In this document: positions 51,724 to 62,302 of the stretch, piece by piece
Layout: the number at the start of each line of letters is the position of its first letter
Position numbering within the stretch: position 1 is the first letter of the stretch
DNA from: Nitrosopumilus sp.
Lineage (GTDB): Archaea > Thermoproteota > Nitrososphaeria > Nitrososphaerales > Nitrosopumilaceae
Assembly: GCA_965205675.1 (NCBI GenBank)
Contig: OZ242186.1
Coordinates: 448,001 to 512,000 of the forward strand
Direction of reading: 5' to 3'
DNA: 64,000 bases
The notes under the pieces: generated by a model
Databases searched by the model: none
Told to the model about the DNA's origin: nothing
Seen by the model: the letters and a program-made list of their open reading frames with translations, nothing else
Translations under genes and position numbers: made by a program

Positions 51724-52551
51724 TTATTTGGAAATTTTAGCATCTACAACTGTTTGATAATATCTGGGGCCAACTGCTCTAACAATTTTTGAATCTAGAA
51801 TTTCTGATTTTACTGATGTAACGTCTAGGTAATGATCTTCTGAAAGTTTTCCTGCATCTCTTTTTTTATCTGCATGAATATGTGAGTAATAATGAATGAT
51901 ACCTCCATCTTTGGTTGTACTTATTGCTGATTCTAAAAATTCATCTGACTTTTCAGGTAACAACATCAATGTTCTATCTGATTTATCAATTAGTTGATCT
52001 TTGATGATTTCAGGTGCATCCCCATTAATGGAAATCACATTACCTGCAAGTTTGTTCAATTCTATGTTTGTTTCACATAATTTTGAAGCCGTGGGATTAA
52101 TGTCAAGACTATACACAGTGCATTTCTTCTTTTTTGCAGCCATTATAGAAAACATCCCAACACCTGCAAACATGTTAGTTATAACCTCTCCATTTTGAAT
52201 TAAATTGGAAATTCTTTCTCTTTCAGTAGAAAGTCTAGGTGAAAAAAATGCATTTTCTACATCTACTGTAAACATACATCCAAATTCCTTATATTTGGTC
52301 TCTGTATTGTTCTCTCCTGCAAGAATCTCTAAATCCCTTGTTCGAAAATCCCCCTCTACTGCTGAGGCTTGATAAAATACACTTCTTACTATTTTTACTT
52401 CATCTAATAGTGTTTTTCCGATAATTTTCTTCTTTGATAGAAGTGAATCGGGAATTCTCACAATAATTATTTCACCAATCTGATCAAATGCCGAAATTAA
52501 TTCACTATTTTCTTTTTCTGTAAGCACACTTTCAAGTGCTTTTTTTAACAT
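51724..52551 (-). CDS. Trm5/Tyw2-family tRNA methyltransferase
   Basis: FFSPRLSTER, MFAGVGMF, GGIIHYY. Confidence 0.88.
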   Translation of the reverse strand: MLKKALESVLTEKENSELISAFDQIGEIIIVRIPDSLLSKKKIIGKTLLDEVKIVRSVFYQASAVEGDFRTRDLEILAGENNTETKYKEFGCMFTVDVENAFFSPRLSTERERISNLIQNGEVITNMFAGVGMFSIMAAKKKKCTVYSLDINPTASKLCETNIELNKLAGNVISINGDAPEIIKDQLIDKSDRTLMLLPEKSDEFLESAISTTKDGGIIHYYSHIHADKKRDAGKLSEDHYLDVTSVKSEILDSKIVRAVGPRYYQTVVDAKISK

Positions 52552-52556
52552 ACGCG

Positions 52557-54344
52557 TCAATGTTTGTAGTAGAAATTTCCACTTGTTTTTTGTTCTTTAT
52601 CTAACCTACTTTCTAATTTATTTACACGAGGTCTTAGACTTTTTTCATCTCTTCTAAATGACATGTCCAATGATTTTAGGAATCTATTCATTGCATTTGA
52701 CTTTGGCATTGGTGATGTAGCCGTACCTACAGAACCCGATTCTCCTTCAAATATTATCATTGAATCTGAAATTAAATCCATTAATTGTAAATCATGATCA
52801 ATAATTATTGCTGACTTTCCAAAAGAACGAACAAATTTTTGTAAAAACTTTGCTACGGCAATTCTATCTTCTACATCTAAAAACGCTGATGGTTCATCTA
52901 ATGCATACAAATCAACTTTTTGTAACAAACACGATGCAACTGCTATTTTTTGTAATTCTCCTCCAGAAAGATTCTTGACGGATTTGTTGTACAGTTTTTT
53001 AATTTTTAATGGATCAAGTATTTGTTCTTCTTCCATACTTCCTTCTACAGAATTCCCATTTGCTTGATCTAAAACTGAGATTACTTCTACATCTAGATCG
53101 TTTTGGAGATACTGTGGTTTGTATGCTATTTTGATTTTTTTATCAACACTACCAAAGTCTGGTTTCTCAACTCCTGCAATCATTTTCATCATAGTTGTTT
53201 TGCCTAGAGCATTAGCTCCCATTATTCCTAAAACTTCTCCTTTTCTTATCATGCCCGGCTCAACTGTCATTGAAAATGATGGATATTTTTTCTCTAACTT
53301 TGGATATGTGAGAATTTCACTATCTTCTTGAAAAATATCTGTAGATGAAGACGATACATCAAAAGAGAATTTTTTATCTCTAAATCTTACATTTTCGTTT
53401 GGTAAATACCCATCAAGGAAAACATTGATTCCTATTTTAGTAGATAAAATACTTGAAACAATTCCATATGCCGTGGGTTCTCCGTATAACACTTCAATAT
53501 AATCACTTAGAAAATCTAATAATGTCAAATCATGTTCTACCACCATTACACTTTTCCCCATTTTAGCTAAATTTTGTATTACTCTTGCAACACCAGTCCT
53601 TTGAAAAACATCATTGTATGAAGATGGTTCATCAAAAAAATAAAACTCTGTATCTTTTAATGCTGCAGCTGCTACTGCAATTCTTTGTAACTCCCCTCCG
53701 CTTAGTTCTCTTAAATTTTGTTCCATGGAATTACCTAATCCTAATTCTCTGATTAGTTCTCTTGAAACTCCACGTTCATCATATTTATCAAGTAATTCTT
53801 TTCCTGTCCCATCAAATGCTTGAGCGATATGATGCACTTGTTGTGGTTTTATTGATGCACGAATTTGTTTTTGTTCAATTTTTTCAAAGTGTTGTTTCAT
53901 CTCTGTTCCACTATAGTGTTTTAAAACTTCATCCCATTCAGGAGGATTTTCATATCTGCCTAAATTTGGTTTAAGATTTCCTGATAGTATGTTAACTACA
54001 GTACTTTTCCCCATGCCATTTCTTCCTAATAGTCCTACAACTTCTCCTTTTTTTGGTGTAGGTAATTTGTAAAGTCGAAATGAATTCATTCCATATTGAT
54101 GAATTTTGTCTGTAGCCAATTCACTTGCAAGATTGACAATCGTTATCGCATCAAAAGGACATACTTTGATGCAAATCCCACATCCATTACAAATATCCTC
54201 ATCAATCTGTGCTTTTTTTGATTCTTTATTAAGAGTAATGCATTCTGCACCTGATTTATTGACTGGGCAATATTTTATGCATTCTAGGCCACATTTTTGT
54301 GGCTGACAAAGATCTTGATCTAAAACCGATACTCTGTGAGTCAT
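52557..54344 (-). CDS. Ribosome recycling ATPase ABCE1/Rli1
   Basis: N-terminal Fe-S Cys clusters, two NBDs with LSGGELQ. Confidence 0.97.
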   Translation of the reverse strand: MTHRVSVLDQDLCQPQKCGLECIKYCPVNKSGAECITLNKESKKAQIDEDICNGCGICIKVCPFDAITIVNLASELATDKIHQYGMNSFRLYKLPTPKKGEVVGLLGRNGMGKSTVVNILSGNLKPNLGRYENPPEWDEVLKHYSGTEMKQHFEKIEQKQIRASIKPQQVHHIAQAFDGTGKELLDKYDERGVSRELIRELGLGNSMEQNLRELSGGELQRIAVAAAALKDTEFYFFDEPSSYNDVFQRTGVARVIQNLAKMGKSVMVVEHDLTLLDFLSDYIEVLYGEPTAYGIVSSILSTKIGINVFLDGYLPNENVRFRDKKFSFDVSSSSTDIFQEDSEILTYPKLEKKYPSFSMTVEPGMIRKGEVLGIMGANALGKTTMMKMIAGVEKPDFGSVDKKIKIAYKPQYLQNDLDVEVISVLDQANGNSVEGSMEEEQILDPLKIKKLYNKSVKNLSGGELQKIAVASCLLQKVDLYALDEPSAFLDVEDRIAVAKFLQKFVRSFGKSAIIIDHDLQLMDLISDSMIIFEGESGSVGTATSPMPKSNAMNRFLKSLDMSFRRDEKSLRPRVNKLESRLDKEQKTSGNFYYKH

Positions 54345-54432
54345 ATGTTGTACTCTGATATTTTCTTCGTTTTATACCTATTTTGAGCATATTTGGCGTT
54401 AGGTTAATAGATGAGAATTTGACACAAAATTT

Positions 54433-54549
54433 AAGCCGGCCATAGCGTTAGGGTGCGACCCAATCCCATTCCGAACTTGGAAGTCAAACCTAACGTCGCT
54501 GTTGTGTTACTAAGATGCGAGAGCTCTTGGGAAGCAACAGTGCTGGCAT
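54433..54549 (+). rRNA. rrf: 5S rRNA (stand-alone)
   Basis: GCCGGC...GCTGGC terminal helix, ACCCAATCCCATTCCGAACTTGGAAGTCAAACC conserved 5S motif, GC-rich. Confidence 0.92.
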
Positions 54550-54596
54550 TTTCTACTTTGCAATCAATCTTTTAATATTGAATTACTTGGATTCAT

Positions 54597-54734
54597 ATGA
54601 ATTCAATGACAAATTGCAGTGTTTGTGGAGAAATATGTGATAATGATATACGATTATTAAACCACATGATGGAAAAACATGGTTGGAGAAATCCGAATAT
54701 TGGCACTCCTGATAGAAATAGTAGAGGGTATTGA
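54597..54734 (+). CDS. Small C2H2 zinc-finger protein (45 aa); not in ORF track
   Basis: MNSMTNCSVCGEICDNDIRLLNHMMEKHGWRNPNIGTPDRNSRGY*: C-x2-C-x12-H-x4-H. Confidence 0.65.
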   Translation: MNSMTNCSVCGEICDNDIRLLNHMMEKHGWRNPNIGTPDRNSRGY

Positions 54735-54736
54735 TT

Positions 54737-56209
54737 CTATAAATTTTGTAAATAATCTAAAATTAATCTTACACCAAAACCTGTAGCACCTTTTGGATTG
54801 TATGATTTTTCTTTTGTAGATCCTTGTGTCCATGCAACCCCTGCTATATCAATGTGAGTCCACGGTGTTTTCTCTATCGCATTTTTTAAAAATGCAGCAG
54901 CGGTAATAGTCCCAGCTGCTCTTCCAATTCCAATATTTTTCATATCTGCAACATCTGATTTTATCATATCCATATAGTCTTGATTTAATGGCAGTTCCCA
55001 CACTTCTTCTGTAGTTCTTTTAGAAGAATCATTAATTTTCTTTGTTAGTTTTTCATCATTTGATACAATTGCAGCAACATTGGTACCTAATGCTACAATA
55101 CATGCTCCAGTTAGAGTTGCAAAATCAATAATTGTCTTTGGTGAATAATGTTTTTCTCCATATGCTAATGCATCAGCTAAAATCAATCTTCCCTCAGCAT
55201 CTGTGTTTAGGATTTCAGCTGTTTTTTTATTATATAATTTAATAATATCTCCTGGTCTATATGATTTCCCATCAGGCATATTCTCTACTGAAGGAACAAT
55301 TCCTACAACGTTGATTGGTAGTTTTAATTCTGAAACTGCTTTCATTATTCCTAATACTGTACATCCTCCACATTTGTCAAATTTCATTTCATCCATTGCA
55401 GCTCCTGGTTTTAATGAGATTCCACCTGTGTCAAACGTGACTGCTTTTCCAACTAAGACAATTGGTTTATCTTTTCTTCTTCCACGCATGTGTTCTAAAA
55501 TAATTAATTTTGGTTGATTGATACTTCCTTGACCTACTGCTGAAATTCCACCAAAACCTTTCTTTTTTAATTCTGGCTCTGAAACAATATTGCATTTCAT
55601 TTTATTTTTTTTAGCCATATTTTTTGCAAAGTTTGCCAATGTTGCAGGTGTACATTCGTTTGGAGGTAAATTTGCAATACTTTTGGTAAATATTGCACCA
55701 TCTGCAACAATTTCTGCTGTCTTGATGTCTTTTGAAATCTTTTTTGATTTTGAAACAACAATTGTAAGATTTGGAGATGTTTCTACTTTTTCTGTCTTGA
55801 ATTTTTCAAATTTGTAAAGAGACATTTTGGAACCTTCAATGATTTGAGTAACTGTAGACATTGATTCAATCATAAAATTTGGAGGTGCTATGATTGAAAA
55901 TTCTTTTAATTTTAACTCTCTTGCTTTTTGAGCAATTTTTCCTGAAACAAATCTAATTGTATCATTTGTTATATTTTCTTTTTTACCTATACCTGCAAGT
56001 AGAATTCTTTGCACTGAATTTTTTCTAGGTACTGGAATTATGCTTAATCTTCCTAACTTCCCTTCCATGTCTTTTAGAGATTGATTAAGTGCTGATGTTG
56101 TTTTAGTATCAAATTTTGGTAATCCCAAAACCTTATTCGAATTTTCTAATACAAATCCACATAGAAGATTTGTTTTCTTTTTTGCAGAATTCTCAATTTT
56201 AATTTTCAC
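54737..56209 (-). CDS. pepA: Leucyl aminopeptidase (M17)
   Basis: GKAVTFDTGG, MKFDK, NTDAEGRL, DFATLTGA. Confidence 0.96.
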   Translation of the reverse strand: MKIKIENSAKKKTNLLCGFVLENSNKVLGLPKFDTKTTSALNQSLKDMEGKLGRLSIIPVPRKNSVQRILLAGIGKKENITNDTIRFVSGKIAQKARELKLKEFSIIAPPNFMIESMSTVTQIIEGSKMSLYKFEKFKTEKVETSPNLTIVVSKSKKISKDIKTAEIVADGAIFTKSIANLPPNECTPATLANFAKNMAKKNKMKCNIVSEPELKKKGFGGISAVGQGSINQPKLIILEHMRGRRKDKPIVLVGKAVTFDTGGISLKPGAAMDEMKFDKCGGCTVLGIMKAVSELKLPINVVGIVPSVENMPDGKSYRPGDIIKLYNKKTAEILNTDAEGRLILADALAYGEKHYSPKTIIDFATLTGACIVALGTNVAAIVSNDEKLTKKINDSSKRTTEEVWELPLNQDYMDMIKSDVADMKNIGIGRAAGTITAAAFLKNAIEKTPWTHIDIAGVAWTQGSTKEKSYNPKGATGFGVRLILDYLQNL

Positions 56210-56232
56210 TATAGTTTTCTATTTCTGAAGCA

Positions 56233-56622
56233 TTATTTAGATTTACTTAGATCTATTATTTTACTATTGAAAATCAAACTTGCAGATCTTACAAATACAG
56301 CTTTTACTGTTTTACAATCTTGTTGACATTCATCTTCTATTCTAATATTTGACACTCTCTTTGTTTTTCCAAATAAAATTGATTTAATCAATGGAAATAA
56401 AGCGGCTCTTCCACCGCGTGCTTTTTTTTTATTAATAAACCAAAACATATCCAAAGCTGTTTCATCTAGAATCTCTTCTCGTATTTTTTCTCCAAATTTT
56501 GAATAATGCCCTATAATTGTAATTTTATCTCTTGCAAAAAAACTAATTATTTTTGCAAATTTTGTACACAAATAACATTGATTATCAAAAAGCACTATTG
56601 CTGTGTCTTCTTGAATTTTCAT
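56233..56622 (-). CDS. DCC1-like (DUF393) thiol-disulfide oxidoreductase
   Basis: VLFDNQCYLC (DxxCxLC). Confidence 0.75.
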   Translation of the reverse strand: MKIQEDTAIVLFDNQCYLCTKFAKIISFFARDKITIIGHYSKFGEKIREEILDETALDMFWFINKKKARGGRAALFPLIKSILFGKTKRVSNIRIEDECQQDCKTVKAVFVRSASLIFNSKIIDLSKSK

Positions 56623-56690
56623 AATAATCTGGAACCCCCACCAAATTAAAATTTTACAGATCTAATCGATGAAATTTATTTTAATTATTT

Positions 56691-56954
56691 ATGAAATTAC
56701 TTGTAGATTATGCCAATTATAGTCATACTGAAATTGGAGAATTTCCTTGTGTTTCATGTTATACAAACTGTTCTAAAGCGTATGTGATGCTTGTTAATGC
56801 TCATGATATTTATCGTTTTTTTACTCAATTGGATTTGGCTCCTGAAAGTTTTTTGGAAATTTATGGCGTAAAGAATTATTCCCTTGAAGTTGAGATAGAA
56901 AAGGGTTTGATAGATCTTGCTCTGAAGCAAAAAATGATGCATGTCAATTTCTGA
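56691..56954 (+). CDS. Hypothetical protein with CxxC-x3-C
   Basis: 87-aa ORF, PCVSCYTNC. Confidence 0.55.
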   Translation: MKLLVDYANYSHTEIGEFPCVSCYTNCSKAYVMLVNAHDIYRFFTQLDLAPESFLEIYGVKNYSLEVEIEKGLIDLALKQKMMHVNF

Positions 56955-56985
56955 AAGAAATTGGTGATATTTTTAGATGTATAGT

Positions 56986-57125
56986 AGACCTCTTGCGTAA
57001 TTATAGAGATTTTTTCTCAAATTTTGTATTTTAACAGAATTCATACCTGAAAATTCAAATTTCTCAACTCATTTGAAAAATCCTGCAGCAAAATTCACGC
57101 CTAGAAATAATTACGCAAGACGTCT
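56986..57125. mobile_element. 140-bp MITE, copy 2
   Basis: Same TIRs as copy 1; flanked by AGT duplication. Confidence 0.9.
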
Positions 57126-57149
57126 AGTTAATGATTTCAGATCAGGAGT

Positions 57150-57298
57150 TTGTAAATTCAACTGCTATTGAGGAAAAACTCTGGTTTAAAAAAAATCTAA
57201 AAAGAAAATAACTTTAAAAATAGCAAAAAATGTTTACATCTCTTGTACAGGATTGAGTCCATCTTTACTGCATATACAATATCTAGAAAAAAGATGGA
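57150..57298 (+). mobile_element. IS630 fragment homologous to the 36330-36470 remnant
   Basis: Shared gaggaaaaactctggttt(t)aaaaaaaa ... gagtccatctttact ... tagaaaaaagatgg. Confidence 0.75.
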
Positions 57299-57910
57299 CG
57301 GAATCAAAATCACTGGTGTCACGTTCACTGAAATATACTACAGAAGACTCAAGACACTAGGAGATTCTAGAATGGATAGATTCCTACGACAGATAAGTTA
57401 TTTGAATCTGTAGATTGCAGAGATTAATTCTAAAGTATATGCGATTGTAAAGACCAATCCTGATATAATACTAATAAACTCAATTCTTGGAATTGGTGAT
57501 TATTCTGCAATAATGACATCATCAGAAATTACAGATATTGAAAGATTCAACGATTCTCACAAGTTGTGTGCATATACAGAAGATGTGCCATCAGTTAGAA
57601 ATTTTGTTGATACCATACATCATGGTTTTATCACAAAACAAGGTTGGTGTATCAAAAATACTATGGGCGATTTATTGGATGCTAAAGGAGATGTGAGAGT
57701 TTGTGGAAAATTATAGTTAGGACTGCAAGTCGCGTTAAAATCTAGAGAGACAAGGCCTCGTCTGGTAACTGCAAACAATCCTAACGAAGAGATGAAGATA
57801 GCATTGAGGATATGAGCTTCATATGGATATATGTCTGCATATTTTTTGTTTGGAATCATTCTCTAATGTTTGAAAAGAGAGAAAACGTATAAAAATAATT
57901 TGCATGTATA
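57299..57910 (+). mobile_element. Degenerate IS110 copy (3' half plus non-coding end)
   Basis: SSEITDIERFNDSHKLCAY...PSVRN..DTIHHG.IT and IYWMLK match the 34746-35747 transposase; downstream end homologous. Confidence 0.85.
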
Positions 57911-57930
57911 ATTCTAACATTATTGCCATG

Positions 57931-58749
57931 TTATGTACCAATCTGAATGTTATCTGAGCAATATTTTCTTAAAGTTTCAATTGCAGATAAAATTGCCAAT
58001 CGACTAGTTTTGGGATTATTTAAATCCGGGTAATTTTCAATTGTAAAAATCATTTTTCCGAATTTTCCTTCAGCCTCAATATGATGAGTATTTTTATCAG
58101 TGTCAGGATCAGCGATAATTTTTACATCCGTTTTTTCACTACCGATTCCAGATAAAGAAAGTAAAGCAGCTACATTGATGTTTGCAGGAAACAACGACAC
58201 TGCTTCTTTTGCAGTACCTTCAAAGATTGTTGTTGATGAGTTAATAGAATCTAAATTAATCTCTGAATATTCAAAAAACTTTGCACCTTTTAATGAATTA
58301 GGATGTTTTGTAGTGGTGATAGATAGAGATTCCAATTCGCCCCTAATAGCTTTAAGACCATCCACTCCGGCAATTGCACCTGATGGGAGAAGAATAGTTT
58401 TTTTAAAATCTCGACACGCATCAGACAAAATATCATAAATGGATTCATCCAATAACGCTCCAACACTCATGATCATTAAATCACGTTTGTTTTGTAAAAC
58501 ACTCAATCCGACATCTTTTACAGCATCTTGAGAAGCTGCTTCCACAACAATGTTAACAGGATGGGAAGATAGTAAATGTGAGTTTTCTACAATTTCTGGT
58601 TTGTTATTTAATTGTAATACTAGTTTGATTGCATTTTCTTTAGATGTATCAAAAACATGAGTTAAAGAACCCGGAATTTTTCCAGAATCAATTGCAAGAG
58701 CGATTTGAGTACCTATTGCTCCACAGCCCAACAAACCTATTTTTTTCAA
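57931..58749 (-). CDS. nadX: L-aspartate dehydrogenase
   Basis: GCGAIG, VEAAS, SGAIAGVD, FPANINVA, NPKTS. Confidence 0.93.
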   Translation of the reverse strand: MKKIGLLGCGAIGTQIALAIDSGKIPGSLTHVFDTSKENAIKLVLQLNNKPEIVENSHLLSSHPVNIVVEAASQDAVKDVGLSVLQNKRDLMIMSVGALLDESIYDILSDACRDFKKTILLPSGAIAGVDGLKAIRGELESLSITTTKHPNSLKGAKFFEYSEINLDSINSSTTIFEGTAKEAVSLFPANINVAALLSLSGIGSEKTDVKIIADPDTDKNTHHIEAEGKFGKMIFTIENYPDLNNPKTSRLAILSAIETLRKYCSDNIQIGT

Positions 58750-58861
58750 TCATTAAGAACTAGAAACACCTCTTAATTTATTCTAATCTACAAATCAAAA
58801 ATTACAAGAAAAATAATTAGAATTACAGATGAATTATAGTAAATATATTTAAAATAAGAGA

Positions 58862-59863
58862 ATGCAATTTACACTATTGCAGTTTTTAAACTATGTTATA
58901 CTCATAGGAATAATATTTTGCCTAACAACATCAATTATCCTTCCAGCGAATGGTGAAATTAAATCCCCAAGGCAACAAATGAAACAAGGTATATTGCCAG
59001 AAAACGTTCTTTGTAACGAAGGATTAGAATTAGTAATTCGTACAAATGGGTTATCTGCATGTGTAAAACCCGAAACCGCTGAAAAAATGGAAAAAATAGG
59101 ATTGTTGGCAAAATCAATAAAATTTACAGATTTGAATATCGTTGAAAAATCATTTCAAGCATCAGAAAAAAAAATTGAAACAATACCAGCATCATCTGCA
59201 TCAATTGTAAATTTTTACATTACAGATCATGATTTGAATATTGCACATAATGGAGTAGAAGTAATTTCAACTAAGGGACTATTTGAGTTTACAATCAATG
59301 GAGTATCAATAGAAGGCCCAGCAAATATGATAGAAACAGGTCCAAACACAGGAAAATTTTATCTCACATTAGAATTGCCTGAAACAATTAATGGGAAGGT
59401 GCCTAGCCAAGATGACATTATAGTTATAAAATATTTAGATGAATCAGATTATTCGGGAGAAGAACAAATCTTAGTAAAATCAATTCTATTAACTAAAACC
59501 TTTGCAAAAGTTCAAACAGTTGGAGGAGGATCTAGAATCGGCCATGATTTTACAGTTAGAATCTACGAACCCGATGCAAATAGAGATTCACATGAAGAAG
59601 ACAGAATTTCACTAAATAAATTAGAATATAGGGGAGATGGCGGAATTAGAACAACTTTAGCTAATCCAAAATTTGATGCAAATTCATCATATCTTATAGA
59701 GACTGGACCTAATTCAAACATATTTGAAGTTCAGATTAAGATTCCACGTCAGTTAGACGGAAAAACAATTCACATTGGTGACGAATATGAAATTAGATAC
59801 ATTGACAAATCAACGCCATCAAATACAGATGAAAAGATCATCCTCAAAGGTAAGATAGGATAA
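58862..59863 (+). CDS. Secreted/surface protein with thaumarchaeal Cys module and two ETGPN repeats
   Basis: Signal peptide, SPRQQM..G...VLCNEGL...ACVKP, IETGPNTG / IETGPNSN. Confidence 0.7.
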   Translation: MQFTLLQFLNYVILIGIIFCLTTSIILPANGEIKSPRQQMKQGILPENVLCNEGLELVIRTNGLSACVKPETAEKMEKIGLLAKSIKFTDLNIVEKSFQASEKKIETIPASSASIVNFYITDHDLNIAHNGVEVISTKGLFEFTINGVSIEGPANMIETGPNTGKFYLTLELPETINGKVPSQDDIIVIKYLDESDYSGEEQILVKSILLTKTFAKVQTVGGGSRIGHDFTVRIYEPDANRDSHEEDRISLNKLEYRGDGGIRTTLANPKFDANSSYLIETGPNSNIFEVQIKIPRQLDGKTIHIGDEYEIRYIDKSTPSNTDEKIILKGKIG

Positions 59864-59936
59864 AGGATTTGATGGATCAGTCTTGTCAAGATTCAGTATA
59901 ACCTAAAGATTTTATTCAAACCTACAAAGTATTGTT

Positions 59937-60773
59937 GTGCTCAATACGGTATACCGAGATGCAATAGTCAATAGAGAGAAAATGCTCTCAATTCTACGAG
60001 GGCCAAAATTTGAACAGATTTTACAAAAAGCACGGAATAATTGGAGGGAATTTACGCCTATAAAAGAAGAAATAGTTACAGCAGGGATTGATAGCAGTTT
60101 CAACAATACAAAATTTCAAGGTATTGAGTTGTGGGCAACTACTGCAGTTTCAATAAAATCGGATGGGGAAATTTTAGTAGATTTACACAAATCTGGGTTG
60201 GGTTCTGCTGACGATATTTCAAGTATTGCAAGTAAAATGGAAATTGAATCATGTGAGAAAACAATTGACAGTGTAGACATGGTATTGATGGATGGTTCTT
60301 TACATTCTCAATTAATGACTAGACAAGCAAATTTAGGATCACAGATTGTAAAAATAATGAAAAAGAAAGATAATGTAATTTTCATAGCAAAAACATCAAA
60401 CACAAAAAAACAATTTGAACATTTAGATTCACTTGCAGGAGATATTTTCTACTACAATCATGTAACAAATAGACCTGGATTTAGTAAAATTTTTGTAGAA
60501 AAAAAATACGGAATGGATAAAATAATTTCTTCAACATTTGTAAGATTAAGCAATTCTACTCCAATAATCAAATTAGAATTTTTAGGAGATCAACATGATG
60601 AAAATGAAATCAAATCAATTATGAACAAATTATACAAAACTAGTATTGGAGGATATCCATATGTATTAAAACTTGCACATAATAGCTGTAAAATATCTGA
60701 TAAAGAGATTGGAAAGATGGTAAGTTTGTTAGGACTAAGTAATGAAATAGGTTCACGGGAGGTATTGGGTTGA
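59937..60773 (+). CDS. nurA: DSB repair nuclease NurA
   Basis: AGIDSS, MDGSL, GYPYVLKLAH; operon with herA-mre11-rad50. Confidence 0.92.
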   Translation: MLNTVYRDAIVNREKMLSILRGPKFEQILQKARNNWREFTPIKEEIVTAGIDSSFNNTKFQGIELWATTAVSIKSDGEILVDLHKSGLGSADDISSIASKMEIESCEKTIDSVDMVLMDGSLHSQLMTRQANLGSQIVKIMKKKDNVIFIAKTSNTKKQFEHLDSLAGDIFYYNHVTNRPGFSKIFVEKKYGMDKIISSTFVRLSNSTPIIKLEFLGDQHDENEIKSIMNKLYKTSIGGYPYVLKLAHNSCKISDKEIGKMVSLLGLSNEIGSREVLG

Positions 60774-62302
60774 GTTTAGGTTTTGTTATTGGAGAATCAA
60801 AACCAACAAGAATTACAGCAATTACTTCAAGAGCACTATCAGTAGGAGAATATATCAAAATAAATTCAGATGGTGGAGAGATATTAGGATTGGTAGAAAG
60901 ATCTGCCGTATCCAGTGCAGCATTTGCAGATGTTAAAAATTTTGATGAAGCATCAGAGAGTACAGAAATTGCAGAACTAAACAAAAGAGATAAAACATTT
61001 ACAGCACATATCGGGATTTTAGGATTTTTAGAAAAGCTACGAAAAGGACAATCAATTATACCGGCTGTTCCACCGATTCCAGGCACAGAAATTACATTAC
61101 CGAGCAAACAAGATCTAGAAGAAATTTTTAGTCCTAAAAAAGATGGATGGGTTAGCATAGGAAATCTTTTACGAAATAAATTAATTGATGCTAGAGTAAA
61201 TCTAGATAAAATTGTGTCAAGACATCTAGGAATTTTAGCAATGACTGGTATGGGTAAAAGTAATTTGGTATCTCTAGTGACCAAACAAATTTCAAAATTA
61301 AAAGGAACTGTAATAATTTTTGATTACCACAACGACTATACAAGTCTGAACATTCCTCACATAAATGTAATTGATGCAAAAATAAATCCAAGATTGTTAG
61401 ATACTGATCAATTCTCAGAAGTACTTGAAATTAGAGATAGTGCAAATGTACAACAACGAGTTTTAAGAATGGCATTCACAAAACAAGTTAAAGAATCAAA
61501 AAAATTTTGGAACAAGTTAGAAAATGAAGTAGATTCTATTGTGACTTCAGATGATAAAAAATTAAAAGAGATCAGAACATCTGCATACCGAATTCAAGAT
61601 ATTATAGAAGAAGCACAAAGAAGATTTGAAGATATTTTAGATCCAGATATAGGAGATCCAATTGGTTTTATTAAAGAAGGCAAAATAAACATTCTAAATA
61701 TTTCAGAATTATCTGAAAAACAAGCAAACGTTGCAGTTGGATTTTATTTGCAGCAACTACTCAAAGATAGAAAAGATGCTAGTATTGCACGACATGGTAA
61801 AACAAAAAGAGGTAGAGACTTTAGATTTAATTCACCAATTTTTGTAATCATTGAAGAAGCTCACGTATTCATTCCAAAAGATCATGATACTAGTGCAAAA
61901 TATTGGGCTGCAAAAATTGCCAGAGAAGGTAGGAAATTTGGGTTGGGGTTAGGAGTGGTTTCTCAGAGACCCCGTAGTGTTGATCTAAATGTATTAAGTC
62001 AAATGGGATCATTTGCAATAATGAAAATAATTCAAGAAGATGATCAACGACAAATAGCCTCAGCAACAGAGTCAACTAGTCGTGAATTAATCGCTCAGTT
62101 GACATCACTCAATGTGGGAGATGCAATACTAGTTGGACAATGGACAAATCTTCCATCATTAGTTCATGTCGAGGAAGTAAAGGAAAAAATTATGGGAGCA
62201 GATCAAAGTGCAGTTAATGCATGGGCAAAGGCAGATAAAATGAAAGAGGTAGCTGTAGAATCAACACAGGGATTGGTACAAAAAGATTTGTTATTAGACT
62301 AA
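60770..62302 (+). CDS. herA: HerA helicase/translocase
   Basis: RHLGILAMTGMGKSN, IIEEAH, REGRKFG, SQRP. Confidence 0.95.
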   Translation: MSLGFVIGESKPTRITAITSRALSVGEYIKINSDGGEILGLVERSAVSSAAFADVKNFDEASESTEIAELNKRDKTFTAHIGILGFLEKLRKGQSIIPAVPPIPGTEITLPSKQDLEEIFSPKKDGWVSIGNLLRNKLIDARVNLDKIVSRHLGILAMTGMGKSNLVSLVTKQISKLKGTVIIFDYHNDYTSLNIPHINVIDAKINPRLLDTDQFSEVLEIRDSANVQQRVLRMAFTKQVKESKKFWNKLENEVDSIVTSDDKKLKEIRTSAYRIQDIIEEAQRRFEDILDPDIGDPIGFIKEGKINILNISELSEKQANVAVGFYLQQLLKDRKDASIARHGKTKRGRDFRFNSPIFVIIEEAHVFIPKDHDTSAKYWAAKIAREGRKFGLGLGVVSQRPRSVDLNVLSQMGSFAIMKIIQEDDQRQIASATESTSRELIAQLTSLNVGDAILVGQWTNLPSLVHVEEVKEKIMGADQSAVNAWAKADKMKEVAVESTQGLVQKDLLLD

